DNA of 64,000 nucleotides from an uncultured Actinomycetes bacterium (GTDB taxonomy: Bacteria > Actinomycetota > UBA4738 > HRBIN12): assembly GCA_963704885.1 (NCBI GenBank), contig CAVPIB010000004.1, positions 1 through 64,000 on the forward strand. Direction: 5' to 3'. Positions 11,834 through 21,209 of this stretch are shown here, in pieces. The notes beneath the pieces were generated by a model. The model had not been told where the DNA came from. It did no database searches and worked only from the letters and a program-made list of their open reading frames with translations. A program made the position numbers and the translations under genes. Each line of letters starts with the position of its first letter. Within the stretch, counting starts at the first letter, position 1.

Positions 11834-12289
11834 TTGGCGCTCGACGAGATCTACAAGGAAGTCATCCTGGATCACTACAAGAACCCGCGGAACAAACGGG
11901 ATCTGCCTGGTGCAGACTTCAGCTGCACGCAGAACAATCCGCTCTGCGGAGACGAGATCACCGTGCTCGTCCACCAAGAGGGCGATACGCTCGCCGAGGT
12001 GACCTTCCAGGGGGCCGGCTGCTCGATCTCGCAGTCAAGCGCCTCGATGATGACCGAGGCCGTTACGGGCAAGCCGGTGGCGGACGCCCTGGCCCTCGCC
12101 GCCAACTTCCGAGGGATGATGGCCGGCGAGCTGGAACCTGACGAGGATGGGTTCGGCGAACTGGTCGCGTTGAAGGGCGTCGTGAAGTACCCGATCCGCA
12201 TCAAGTGCGCGGTGCTGGGTTGGGACGTGCTTCAAGAGGCGCTCGACGGCGCCGGCGCGGCCTCGGGTTCGGCAACACACTCCGTCTAA
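11834..12289 (+). CDS. sufU: SUF system SufU/NifU-like protein
   Basis: YKEVILDHYKNPRN, NPLCGD, GCSISQSSAS, RIKCAVLGW. Confidence 0.92.
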   Translation: MALDEIYKEVILDHYKNPRNKRDLPGADFSCTQNNPLCGDEITVLVHQEGDTLAEVTFQGAGCSISQSSASMMTEAVTGKPVADALALAANFRGMMAGELEPDEDGFGELVALKGVVKYPIRIKCAVLGWDVLQEALDGAGAASGSATHSV

Positions 12290-12330
12290 CCTCCGCCGAA
12301 CCGGTCCCGCTCCGTTCTAGTCTTGCCGCG

Positions 12331-14126
12331 ATGCGTCTCGTCGTTCGCGCGCTGGTGGTCGTCTGTTGGATGGCGCTGCTAGCCGTACCCGCATCCCAGG
12401 CCCAGTCGTTCGAGACGATCCACTCCTACGACGTCCAGATCGTCGTGCGCGCCGACGGTTCCATGCGGGTCACCGAAACGATCGCCTACGACTTCGGACC
12501 CTACGAGCGTCACGGGATCCTCCGCAGCATCCCGACCCGCCTGACCTACGACGACCGGTACGACCGCGTGTACCCGTTAGCGGTGGAGTCGGTGGGGGCG
12601 ACAGGGGGTGCGTCCGCGGACTTCGATGTTTCCGATGAGCCCGGCGGCATCACGCAGATCAAGATCGGCGACCCGGACCGCACCGTAAGTGGAGAGCACA
12701 CATACCGCATCGTCTATGTGATCCAAGGGGCGATGAACGGGTTCGCGGACCACGACGAGCTCTACTGGAACGCGATAGGCGACGAATGGGACGTCTCGGT
12801 ACAGGCCGCGACCGTGAGCGTCTCCATGCCGGGTCGGATCGTCCAGGCGGCCTGCTACGCAGGTCCTTACGGCTCCTATCTCCCATGCGACCGCGTGAAG
12901 GCGAACGGCGACACCGCCCGGTTCCGGCAGGCGCAGCTCGGAGCCTTCCAGGCCCTCACCGTTGCGGTCGCGATGCCCAAGGGGATCGTCGCCCAACCTG
13001 TGCCGCAACTCGTCGAGCGTTGGAGCATCGACCGAGCTTTCGCCCGGAACCCGGCGACCCTGGGTATCTCCGGCGCTCTGCTTGCCCTCATCGGGGCGGC
13101 ATCGGTTGGCTCCTGTGGACCCGCGGGCGTGACCGCCGGTTCGTAGGTTCGCCTGTGGATCAGGTCATGGGCAACCCCACCGGAGCCGATCAGACGGTTC
13201 CGCTCTTCGAGAGTGGTGTAGCTCCGGTGGAGTTCGCCCCTCCCGAGGATCTGCGGCCGGGACAGATCGGGACGATCATCGACGAGCGGGCGAACACGCT
13301 CGACGTAACAGCCACGATCGTGGATCTGGCCGTTCGCGGCTACCTGACGATCGAGGAGATCCCGAAGGAGGGGTTGTTCGGTAAGCCCGATTGGACGCTG
13401 CACCGCACCGACAAGGCGGACGGCGATCTGGTCACGTACGAGCGCACGCTGTTGACCAACCTGTTCAGCACCGGCAGCGACGTGACCCTGTCCAGCCTCA
13501 AGGCGACGTTCGCGGCGCATCTGGCCAAGGTGGAGGAGCAGCTCTACGACGACGCGGTCAAGCGGCGATGGTTCCTGAAGCGTCCGGACAAGGTGCGCGC
13601 CGCCTGGCACGCCCTCGGGGTTCTCCTCCTGGTCGTCGGGATCGGGCTCGTGTTCGTGATGGCCAGGTGGACACATTGGGGGCTGGTCGCGATCCCCGTC
13701 GTCATCGGAGGTCTCGTCCTTACCATCGCTGGGAAGTGGATGCCGAACAGGACCGCGAAGGGCACCGCGATAGCGCGAAGGGTAGGTGGTTTCCGAACGG
13801 TGATCGAGACCGCCGAGACCCACATGTCGCGGTGGGCGGAGGAGCAGAACGTCTTCACACGGTTCCTTCCGTACGCGATCGTCTTCGGCTGCACCGACAA
13901 GTGGGCCAAGGCGTTCGAAGGGCTGGATCAGATGCCTCCGGATACCACCTGGTACATGTCCAGCCGGCCGTTCCTCTACGCGGACTTCGGCCGCGCGATG
14001 GAGGGGTTCTCCGTCACGACCGGCGGGACCATCTCCTCGACGCCCAGCGGCTCGGGCTCCAGTGGGTTCGGAGGCGGTGGGTTCTCGGGAGGAGGCGGAG
14101 GCGGGGGCGGTGGAGGATCGTGGTGA
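12331..14126 (+). CDS. DUF2207 family membrane protein (frameshift near 13100)
   Basis: Signal peptide; DGSMRVTETI, HGILRSIP, DELYWNAIG; second frame has ATIVDLAVRGYL, LPYAIVFG and the Gly-rich tail GGGGGGSW. Confidence 0.85.
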
Positions 14127-14154
14127 GTGGAGCCCCCGGTAGCATGGTCCGCTG

Positions 14155-15147
14155 ATGCGGATCGTGCTCTCAGAGGATGGCCGGGACTTCCAACGACGTG
14201 ACTGGTCGGCGCTAGTCCTGGCCGACCCGGCGGGCACGTTCTTCCATACACCGGACTACCTCAAGCTCTACTGGGAGGAGTTCGGCGAACGACCCGAGCA
14301 CCTCCTGCTGGCGTTCGCGGAGGACGATGACGGGCAGCAGGTGGGGGCCGTGGCGTTCGAGCGCATCGGGAGGACCCTGCGGTTCCTGGGGGGCACCGAG
14401 GTCACCGACTACATGGGCCCCGTGGGTCTGCCGGACCAACAGGAAGCTATCGCGAAGGAGTTGTGGTCGGGTCTCCTAGCGCGCGACGATTGGGACGATG
14501 CCGATCTTCGGGGCCTGGCCGAAGACGACGTCTGGCTCGGTCTCCTGCGCGCCGGCGCGTCCGACCAGGGCCTCACGGTCGAGGAGACGGAGGATCAGAA
14601 CGGCGTGGCGCCGTACCTGCCGCTCGCCGCCTCGTGGGACGCCTACCTCGAGGGGTTGCCCTCGAAGCTCCGCCATGAGATCAAGCGAAAGGCGCGCAAG
14701 CTGGAGTCCGAGACCGGCCCGTTCGCGATCGTGACGGCCACCCCCGAGACCTTGATCCCGTTCCTGGACCGATTCGTGGAGCTCCACCGGATGAGCGAGG
14801 GGCCGAAAGGCGTCTTCATGCAGCCCGGCATGGAGATCTTCTTCCGGCGGCTGGGCGAGGCGTTCGGCCCTCGTGGGATCTTCCGGCTCACGTTCATCGA
14901 GGTGGGAGGCGTGAAGGCGGCCGGCACCATCGGCTTTACTTTCGGCGGCACGTTCTTCCTGTACAACTCGGCGTTCGACAGGGAGCTGCAGCAGCTCGGG
15001 CCGGGGATGGTCCTGGTAGCGGAAGACATCCGCTTGGCCATCGAGGATGAGTGCCGGGCGTTCGACCTGTTGAAGGGTGACTACGCCTACAAGTACCGGT
15101 TCGGGGCGCACCCTCGAGCGATCCGTAGGCTGACGGTCACGCGCTAG
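14155..15147 (+). CDS. GNAT family protein (CelD/BcsL, Acetyltransf_6-like)
   Basis: SWDAYLEGLPSKLRHEIKRK, YNSAFD...GPG, FDLLKGDYAYKYRFG. Confidence 0.85.
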   Translation: MRIVLSEDGRDFQRRDWSALVLADPAGTFFHTPDYLKLYWEEFGERPEHLLLAFAEDDDGQQVGAVAFERIGRTLRFLGGTEVTDYMGPVGLPDQQEAIAKELWSGLLARDDWDDADLRGLAEDDVWLGLLRAGASDQGLTVEETEDQNGVAPYLPLAASWDAYLEGLPSKLRHEIKRKARKLESETGPFAIVTATPETLIPFLDRFVELHRMSEGPKGVFMQPGMEIFFRRLGEAFGPRGIFRLTFIEVGGVKAAGTIGFTFGGTFFLYNSAFDRELQQLGPGMVLVAEDIRLAIEDECRAFDLLKGDYAYKYRFGAHPRAIRRLTVTR

Positions 15148-15857
15148 GCCGGATCGATCTCCGTCGTCGCCAGGATCGTCCCGTCGTCGGCGGTGATGGT
15201 TGCATGGTCGAACGGAGCCAGGTCGCTCGAAGTGACCAGCCATGTGGCTCCGCCCCCGTCCGGCTGGAACTCGATCGATCCCACCTCGATCACCCTTCCG
15301 TCTGGGGACTCCAGCGAGACGGCGCCGGTCCCGGTCGACCCGGGGGCGCGCACGAGCACGATGGCCCAAGACTGACCCTCGTGTGAGTCGTAAAGGACCA
15401 CGCTTCCGTCGAAGATCCGATCCGTCTGGCTATACAGCTCACCGACCCGGAACTCGGTGCCGCCGAGGACAGAGAGGAGCCGCTCGTAGCTGGATGCGGA
15501 TCCTGCCGCGACGTTGGCTCGGCGCGTCTGCACACCGCCCCATGTGAGGGCAGCGATGAGGACCAGGGCCGCAGCCGCCCACCCGATCCAGGCCTTGTAC
15601 CGGCCCGTGTGTGCGAGCTGAACTGTATCTCGCCATTCCTGCTCGAGGACGGTGATGACTCGGTCTCGCAGCTCGGGAGGAGGGGTGCGATCGTGGGCGG
15701 CCCGCGCGAAGGAGGCGACGCCATCGGCCAGGGCGCCCATCTCGCCACGGCATCCGGCACAGCCGCGGAGGTGCCGGCGGACCTCGAGGTCCTCCGGCTC
15801 CTCCAGGACCCCCAGGAGGTGCTCCGGGAGGAGTTCGCGCACCTTGTCACACGTCAC
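15144..15857 (-). CDS. Zinc-binding anti-sigma factor (zf-HC2, RskA-like)
   Basis: CDKVRELL...HLRGCAGC motif, PPPELRDRV, one TM segment; overlaps the sigma gene. Confidence 0.85.
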   Translation of the reverse strand: MTCDKVRELLPEHLLGVLEEPEDLEVRRHLRGCAGCRGEMGALADGVASFARAAHDRTPPPELRDRVITVLEQEWRDTVQLAHTGRYKAWIGWAAAALVLIAALTWGGVQTRRANVAAGSASSYERLLSVLGGTEFRVGELYSQTDRIFDGSVVLYDSHEGQSWAIVLVRAPGSTGTGAVSLESPDGRVIEVGSIEFQPDGGGATWLVTSSDLAPFDHATITADDGTILATTEIDPA

Positions 15858-16416
15858 GTTGTTCCTCCACCATCGCTTCGCGCAGACGCAGGAGCGCCGT
15901 GCGGATCCGGGTCTTGGCCGTGCCGACCGGGATACCCTCGAGCTCGGCCACCTCTGCGCTCGTCCGGCCGCCGAAGTAGGCGAGCTCCAAGGCCGCCCGC
16001 TGCTCACCCGAGAGGCGCTCCATAGCCCGCCGCGCCCGGTCGGCAAGATCGGCGGTCGCCGCCAACTCGTCGGGGAGGGGCCTCGGATCGGCTTCCTCGG
16101 GCGGACCGAGCGATCCGAGCGACCGCGCCTCGAGCACGCGCCGGCGCAACGCGTCGATCGCGAGCGACCTCGCTACGAGCAAGACCCAGGTTTCGAGCTT
16201 GCCGCGCGAGGCCTCGTACCGGTCGGCACTCCGCCAGAGCTTCACGAACGTGTCCTGCACCAGGTCCTGCGCGGCGGCGTCACTCCCGAGCATCACGATC
16301 CCCAGTCCGTAGATCCTCGACGAGAACCGCCCGTAGAGGGCGTCTGCCGCATGCGTGTCGCGCTGAGCGAAGCGCTGCATGAGCGCGTCGTCCGACTCCG
16401 GCTCTCGAGCTCGCAT
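15847..16416 (-). CDS. ECF RNA polymerase sigma factor (SigK-like)
   Basis: AQDLVQDTFVKLW, LELAYFGG, GIPVGTAKTRIR; TACCTT 7 nt before ATG 16416. Confidence 0.9.
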   Translation of the reverse strand: MRAREPESDDALMQRFAQRDTHAADALYGRFSSRIYGLGIVMLGSDAAAQDLVQDTFVKLWRSADRYEASRGKLETWVLLVARSLAIDALRRRVLEARSLGSLGPPEEADPRPLPDELAATADLADRARRAMERLSGEQRAALELAYFGGRTSAEVAELEGIPVGTAKTRIRTALLRLREAMVEEQRDV

Positions 16417-16479
16417 GCGAAGCAAGGTACTCGCATGGAGTACGACCGGGAACGCGGTGCGGCTTGCGCCGGCCGATCG

Positions 16480-17331
16480 TTACACGTACGCGCGGATGTT
16501 CCGGAGCACGACGTCCGCGATGCCGATGTCGCCGCCCAGCACCAAGACGCCGGCGTCCAGCATGTCGTCCGGGGTCAGGCGATGTGCTGCCACGAGGGCG
16601 AACTGCGGCGCGCGTCCCTGTATGAACGCGTCGGGCTTCTTGTCGGACGGCGGGGTCTCACCCACGCCCAACCCCCAGTGCCAGGAACCTTCTCCGGCCC
16701 CCTCCAGGTCGATCTGAACGCTTCGCCCTTGGAGGTCGATGCCTGCCTGTCCGAGCGACCACGGGAGCATGCGCACACCCATGTCGACAGTCAGATGGAT
16801 CGGCCAGTGTTCGAACCCGGGGTCCAGGTCGGCGGCCGCCCTGATGTCTTCTCCATGGACCCACCACTCGACGACCCTTGACTGGACCAGATACCGAGCT
16901 GCGATCTCACCGGAGAGCCAGGGGAACCGCTCCTCGCGCCACGCATCGTCGGACAGCAGCGCCCCGTAGACCAAGAACGCCTCGGCCGCCCGACCCCAGG
17001 TCGTCAGGACGTCCCGGTAGGGGAGCCCGCTCCGGCGATCCACCAAGAAGGCGTTCAGGTCGTCGGAGGTTAGCGACCCGTCGCCGATCGAGGTCCGATA
17101 CTCATCTAGCTCCTCGGCCGGTTCGCCCTTCACCAGCTGAGCGGCGGCGGTGTCCAGAGCGGCGAGGTGAGCCACGATGTCGCGGTTCCACCAGCCCGGG
17201 CAGGTGCTCGGCTCCTCCCAGATGGAGGGGGCCGCGTACTGGATCGTCCGGCCCAGCCGCTGGCGCTCGGCGTGGGCGATCCCGATCAGCCCTTCCTTGG
17301 AGACGCTCACGTCGGTCGCGATCCCTTCCAC
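16480..17331 (-). CDS. Mycothiol-dependent maleylpyruvate isomerase (MDMPI/DinB-like) family protein
   Basis: CPGWWNRDIVAHL, RVVEWWVHGEDIR, C-terminal SCP2-like segment. Confidence 0.8.
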   Translation of the reverse strand: MEGIATDVSVSKEGLIGIAHAERQRLGRTIQYAAPSIWEEPSTCPGWWNRDIVAHLAALDTAAAQLVKGEPAEELDEYRTSIGDGSLTSDDLNAFLVDRRSGLPYRDVLTTWGRAAEAFLVYGALLSDDAWREERFPWLSGEIAARYLVQSRVVEWWVHGEDIRAAADLDPGFEHWPIHLTVDMGVRMLPWSLGQAGIDLQGRSVQIDLEGAGEGSWHWGLGVGETPPSDKKPDAFIQGRAPQFALVAAHRLTPDDMLDAGVLVLGGDIGIADVVLRNIRAYV

Positions 17332-17379
17332 CGCTGGTCCTGGCCGTCAGAGCCGGCGCGGAATCGTAGCATCGGCCGG

Positions 17380-18516
17380 ATGCGCATCCTGGTCGCGCCC
17401 GACAAGTTCCGCGGAACGCTCACCGCCCGGCAGGCGGCTGAGGCGATCGCGGCAGGCTGGCGCCGGGCGCGCCCACGGGATCGGCTGGATCTGGCCCCTA
17501 TGGCCGACGGGGGAGAGGGAACGGCGGAGACGCTCGTTGACGCGCTCGGGGGGAGGCTGGTCCGGACCTCGGTTCGCGGGCCGTTGGGCGACCCGGTGGA
17601 GGCCGCGTTCGGCATGGCTGAGACGGCCGAGGGTCGCTTGGCCATAGTGGAGATGGCGGCCGCCTCCGGGTTGGCGCTCCTGGCCCCCTCGCGTCGAGAT
17701 CCGCGGATCACCACGACCAGGGGTACCGGCGACCTGATCGCAGCGTCGCTGGATCGCTCCCCGGACCAACTCGTGGTCGCGCTCGGCGGCAGCGCGACGA
17801 ACGACGGAGGTGCCGGGATGGCGCAGGCGCTCGGGGTGCGACTTCTGGACGGTTCGGGCCGGGAGATCGGACCCGGAGGCGTCGCCCTGCTCGAGCTAGA
17901 GCGGGTCGACATGACCGCGATGGATCCGAGGATCGAACGGGTCGTCTGTGTGGCGGCGACCGACGTGGACAACCCACTCACCGGGCCGCTCGGGGCGAGC
18001 TCCGTCTACGGTCCGCAGAAGGGGGCGTCGGTGGAGGACGTGGCGGTGCTCGACCGGGCGCTCGGCCACATGGCGGCGGTCGTCCGTCGCGATCTGGGGG
18101 TGGATCTCCGTGACGAGCCCGGAGCGGGCGCTGCCGGAGGACTGGGGTTCGGACTGATGGCCTTCCTGGGTGCGCACGTCCGTCCGGGCGTGGAGGTCGT
18201 ATCTGACGCCCTCGACGTGACGTCGCGGCTGAGCGAAGCGGACCTTGTGATCACGGGCGAGGGGCGCCTGGACGCCGGATCCCTGCGCGGGAAGGTGCCG
18301 GCCGGGATCCTCCGGCTGGCGAGGGAGCTGTCCGTGCCCGCCGTGATCGCCTGCGGTCAGGCCGAACCGGGACTGGGGCTCGTCGATGTGACCGTGGTTT
18401 CCATGACGGACCGGTTCGGGGCGCAGACGGCGCTCTCCGACGCGCGGAAGTGCCTCGTGACACTGGCGGAGGAGCTGGCGAGGAGTGCGGTCGATCTCGT
18501 GGGAGGGGAGCGGTGA
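17380..18516 (+). CDS. Glycerate kinase
   Basis: APDKFRGTL, PMADGGEGT, GGSATNDGG, YGPQKGA, GAGAAGG, ITGEG. Confidence 0.92.
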   Translation: MRILVAPDKFRGTLTARQAAEAIAAGWRRARPRDRLDLAPMADGGEGTAETLVDALGGRLVRTSVRGPLGDPVEAAFGMAETAEGRLAIVEMAAASGLALLAPSRRDPRITTTRGTGDLIAASLDRSPDQLVVALGGSATNDGGAGMAQALGVRLLDGSGREIGPGGVALLELERVDMTAMDPRIERVVCVAATDVDNPLTGPLGASSVYGPQKGASVEDVAVLDRALGHMAAVVRRDLGVDLRDEPGAGAAGGLGFGLMAFLGAHVRPGVEVVSDALDVTSRLSEADLVITGEGRLDAGSLRGKVPAGILRLARELSVPAVIACGQAEPGLGLVDVTVVSMTDRFGAQTALSDARKCLVTLAEELARSAVDLVGGER

Positions 18517-18983
18517 GCGGGGCCATCGACAGGTTCCTGGAGGCGGCACGGGTCCAGGGCATCCAGCCCGACGTGCGTCGTTTCCCGGAGGGCACCAAGA
18601 CCGCCGCCGACGCGGCTCGCGCGATCGGCTGCGAGGTCGGGCAGATCGTGAAGTCGCTGGTGTTCATCGCCGACGATCGGCCCGTGATGGCGTTCACGAG
18701 CGGCGCGAATCGGGTGGACGAGGCCAAGCTCGCGGTGGCGGTGGGAGCCGGCACGGCCCGGCGCGCCAGCCCCGAAGAAGCCCGGAAGGCCACCGGCTTC
18801 GCCGTGGGTGGCACGCCACCGTTCGGCCACCCGGAGCGGCTCACCTGCGTGGTGGATCATGACCTCCTGCTGTGGGACGAGATCTGGGCGGCGGCCGGAA
18901 CCCCGGACTCGGTCTTCCCGCTCTCGCCCGCCGATCTGCTCCGTGTCACCGGCGCCTCTCCCGCCGGGTTCACCGTGGGCTGA
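18513..18983 (+). CDS. YbaK/EbsC family protein
   Basis: QIVKSLVF, TGFAVGGTPPFGH, WAAAG. Confidence 0.9.
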   Translation: MSGAIDRFLEAARVQGIQPDVRRFPEGTKTAADAARAIGCEVGQIVKSLVFIADDRPVMAFTSGANRVDEAKLAVAVGAGTARRASPEEARKATGFAVGGTPPFGHPERLTCVVDHDLLLWDEIWAAAGTPDSVFPLSPADLLRVTGASPAGFTVG

Positions 18984-19066
18984 CAGGCGAGGAGGCTCGG
19001 CTCGAAGGGTCCGGGCCGGTACAATCAACGGGTACGTGCCGCCGACCCCTTCGCACCGGAGGAGCC

Positions 19067-19387
19067 ATGATCAGTCTGACCGAGAACGCAGCCGGCAAGG
19101 TCAAGGAGCTCCTGACTGAGGAGGGCCGCGACGACATCGCATTGCGTGTGGCGGTTTCGCCGGGCGGGTGCTCGGGTCTGCGTTACGCCATGTACCTGGA
19201 CGACCAGGTCACCGAGAAGGACCAGACCGAGGAGCAGTTCGGGGTCCGGGTCGTGATCGACAAGATGAGCGTCCCGTACCTGAGCCAGGCAACGGTCGAC
19301 TTCGTCGACACCCTGGAGCAATCGGGATTCACCATCGATAACCCCGCGGCGCAGAGCTCTTGCGCCTGTGGAAGCTCCTTCCACTGA
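19067..19387 (+). CDS. A-type Fe-S carrier (HesB/IscA/ErpA family)
   Basis: GGAGGAG SD; GGCSG and CACGSSF motifs. Confidence 0.93.
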   Translation: MISLTENAAGKVKELLTEEGRDDIALRVAVSPGGCSGLRYAMYLDDQVTEKDQTEEQFGVRVVIDKMSVPYLSQATVDFVDTLEQSGFTIDNPAAQSSCACGSSFH

Positions 19388-19457
19388 TCCCTGCCCACCT
19401 CATCTCCGGTTCCGGCATACGCTTCCACAGTAAGCGCGAACCGGAGGAGGATCCGTC

Positions 19458-19883
19458 GTGAGCGGTCGAGCGCCAACGCCTGAGCCCGAACCACACCCCG
19501 CTTTGGCACTCCACCGGCGGATCCGGGCCGAGAATCTGCAGAACCGCATCGCCGATCGGATCACCGGGTTCGCAGGCTCGATGGCGTTCGTGTACATACA
19601 CGTGCTCTGGTTCGCTCTGTGGATCGGTTTCGGGGTAGAGCATTACCCGTTCGGCTTGCTCACCATGATCGTGTCGTTGGAGGCGATCTTCCTGTCGACG
19701 TTCGTGATGATCAGCCAGAACCGCGCAGACGAGAAGCGGACCATGCTCGCGGACAACCAGTGGCAGATCGTGCAGGAGGAGGAGGCTCAGAACGAGCAGC
19801 TGATCGGACTCTCCACGCAGATACTGGATCTGACCAAGGAGATCCACCGGATGACGTCTCGGGTGGCGGAAGAGCCACCGTAA
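19458..19883 (+). CDS. DUF1003 family membrane protein
   Basis: ADRITGFAGS, YPFGLLTMIVSLEAIFLSTFVMISQNR. Confidence 0.9.
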   Translation: MSGRAPTPEPEPHPALALHRRIRAENLQNRIADRITGFAGSMAFVYIHVLWFALWIGFGVEHYPFGLLTMIVSLEAIFLSTFVMISQNRADEKRTMLADNQWQIVQEEEAQNEQLIGLSTQILDLTKEIHRMTSRVAEEPP

Positions 19884-19894
19884 GGCGTCGGTTC

Positions 19895-21145
19895 CTAGCC
19901 GACGGCGTCCAGTCCCGCGGTGATGCCTGCGGCCAGCTCGGCCAGCTCCTTGTCGTCTATCACCAAGGCTGGGGAGATCTGAAGCCCGCCTGTCACCAGG
20001 GCTCGCGTTAGGATCCCCACTTCCCGGCAGGCGGCAACCACGCGAGCGGGAAGGGTCGGATCCTCGGCGACCGCCTCCGACGAGAGCTGAACGGCCGCGA
20101 GCACTCCCGTTCCCGCGCGAACCTCGTCTACGAGTCGGTGCGAGGCCAGCGGAGCGAGCGCCGAGGCCAGGTCCGATTCGAGCTCGCGAGCCCGTTCGCA
20201 GAGTCCCTCGCGTTCCAAGATGTCGAGGTTGGCCAGGGCGGCAGCCGACGCGGCCGCGTGACCCGAGTACGTGTACCCGTGCCGCCACGGACCGGCTCCC
20301 TCCGCCCAGAAGGGCTCCGCCACCCATGGAGCGGCGATCGTCGCTCCCATCGGGAGGTAGCCGCTGGTGATCCCTTTGGCGCACGTCAAGATGTCGGGCT
20401 CGAGCCCCCAACGACCGCTCGCGAACCACGATCCGCATCGACCGAACCCCGTGATCACCTCGTCGGCCACGAACAGCACACCGGTCTCCCGACACACGGC
20501 GCGAGCGGCCGAGAGGTAGCCATCGGGGGGCGGGAACACGCCGCCCGCACCGATGACCGGCTCACAGAAGAACGCGGCCACGCGCCCAGAGCCGACCTCG
20601 TTGATCGTCGCACGGAGGTCGTCCGCGTCGTCCCACCGCACCTGCGCCACATCTTCGATGAGCTCGCCGTGACCTGAGGCGTTGGCGGGGATGCCGGCCA
20701 GGCTCGTGCCCGCCGTGTGCATCCCGTGGTAGGCGCGTTCGCGACGGATGAGGATCTTGCGCTCGGGTTGTCCGACCAACTGCCAGAAGCGGCGAGCCAT
20801 CTTGGTTGCCGTGTCGATCGAGTCCGATCCGCCGCTCGTCAAGAACACCCGGCTGTCGGTCACCGGCGCGAGCGCGCTGACACGTTCTGCCAGTTGCGAT
20901 GCAGGCCGGTTCGAGAGATCGCCGAACGTGGAATACGCGGGGAGTGCCGCGATCTGAGCCGCGGCTGCATCGGCTATCTCCCGCCGACCGAAGCCGACGT
21001 TCGCGAACCAGAGCCCGGCGGTGGCGTCGAGGTACCGGCGACCCGATTCGTCCCAGACGTAGACGCCCTCTCCGCGTGTGAGGACCAACTCGCCGTGCGC
21101 GGTGACCGAGGCCATGTCCGCGAAGGGATGCCAGAAGTGACCCAT
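19895..21145 (-). CDS. Class III PLP aminotransferase
   Basis: YLDATAGLW, SGGSDS, YHG, ADEVITGFGR, AKGITSGYLPMG, HGYTYSGH. Confidence 0.92.
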   Translation of the reverse strand: MGHFWHPFADMASVTAHGELVLTRGEGVYVWDESGRRYLDATAGLWFANVGFGRREIADAAAAQIAALPAYSTFGDLSNRPASQLAERVSALAPVTDSRVFLTSGGSDSIDTATKMARRFWQLVGQPERKILIRRERAYHGMHTAGTSLAGIPANASGHGELIEDVAQVRWDDADDLRATINEVGSGRVAAFFCEPVIGAGGVFPPPDGYLSAARAVCRETGVLFVADEVITGFGRCGSWFASGRWGLEPDILTCAKGITSGYLPMGATIAAPWVAEPFWAEGAGPWRHGYTYSGHAAASAAALANLDILEREGLCERARELESDLASALAPLASHRLVDEVRAGTGVLAAVQLSSEAVAEDPTLPARVVAACREVGILTRALVTGGLQISPALVIDDKELAELAAGITAGLDAVG

Positions 21146-21209
21146 GGGGCCGAGGCTACCAGTGGTCTAGACGGCCCCGCAGGAGGAACGGACCCTGGAG
21201 CGTGGTCGT

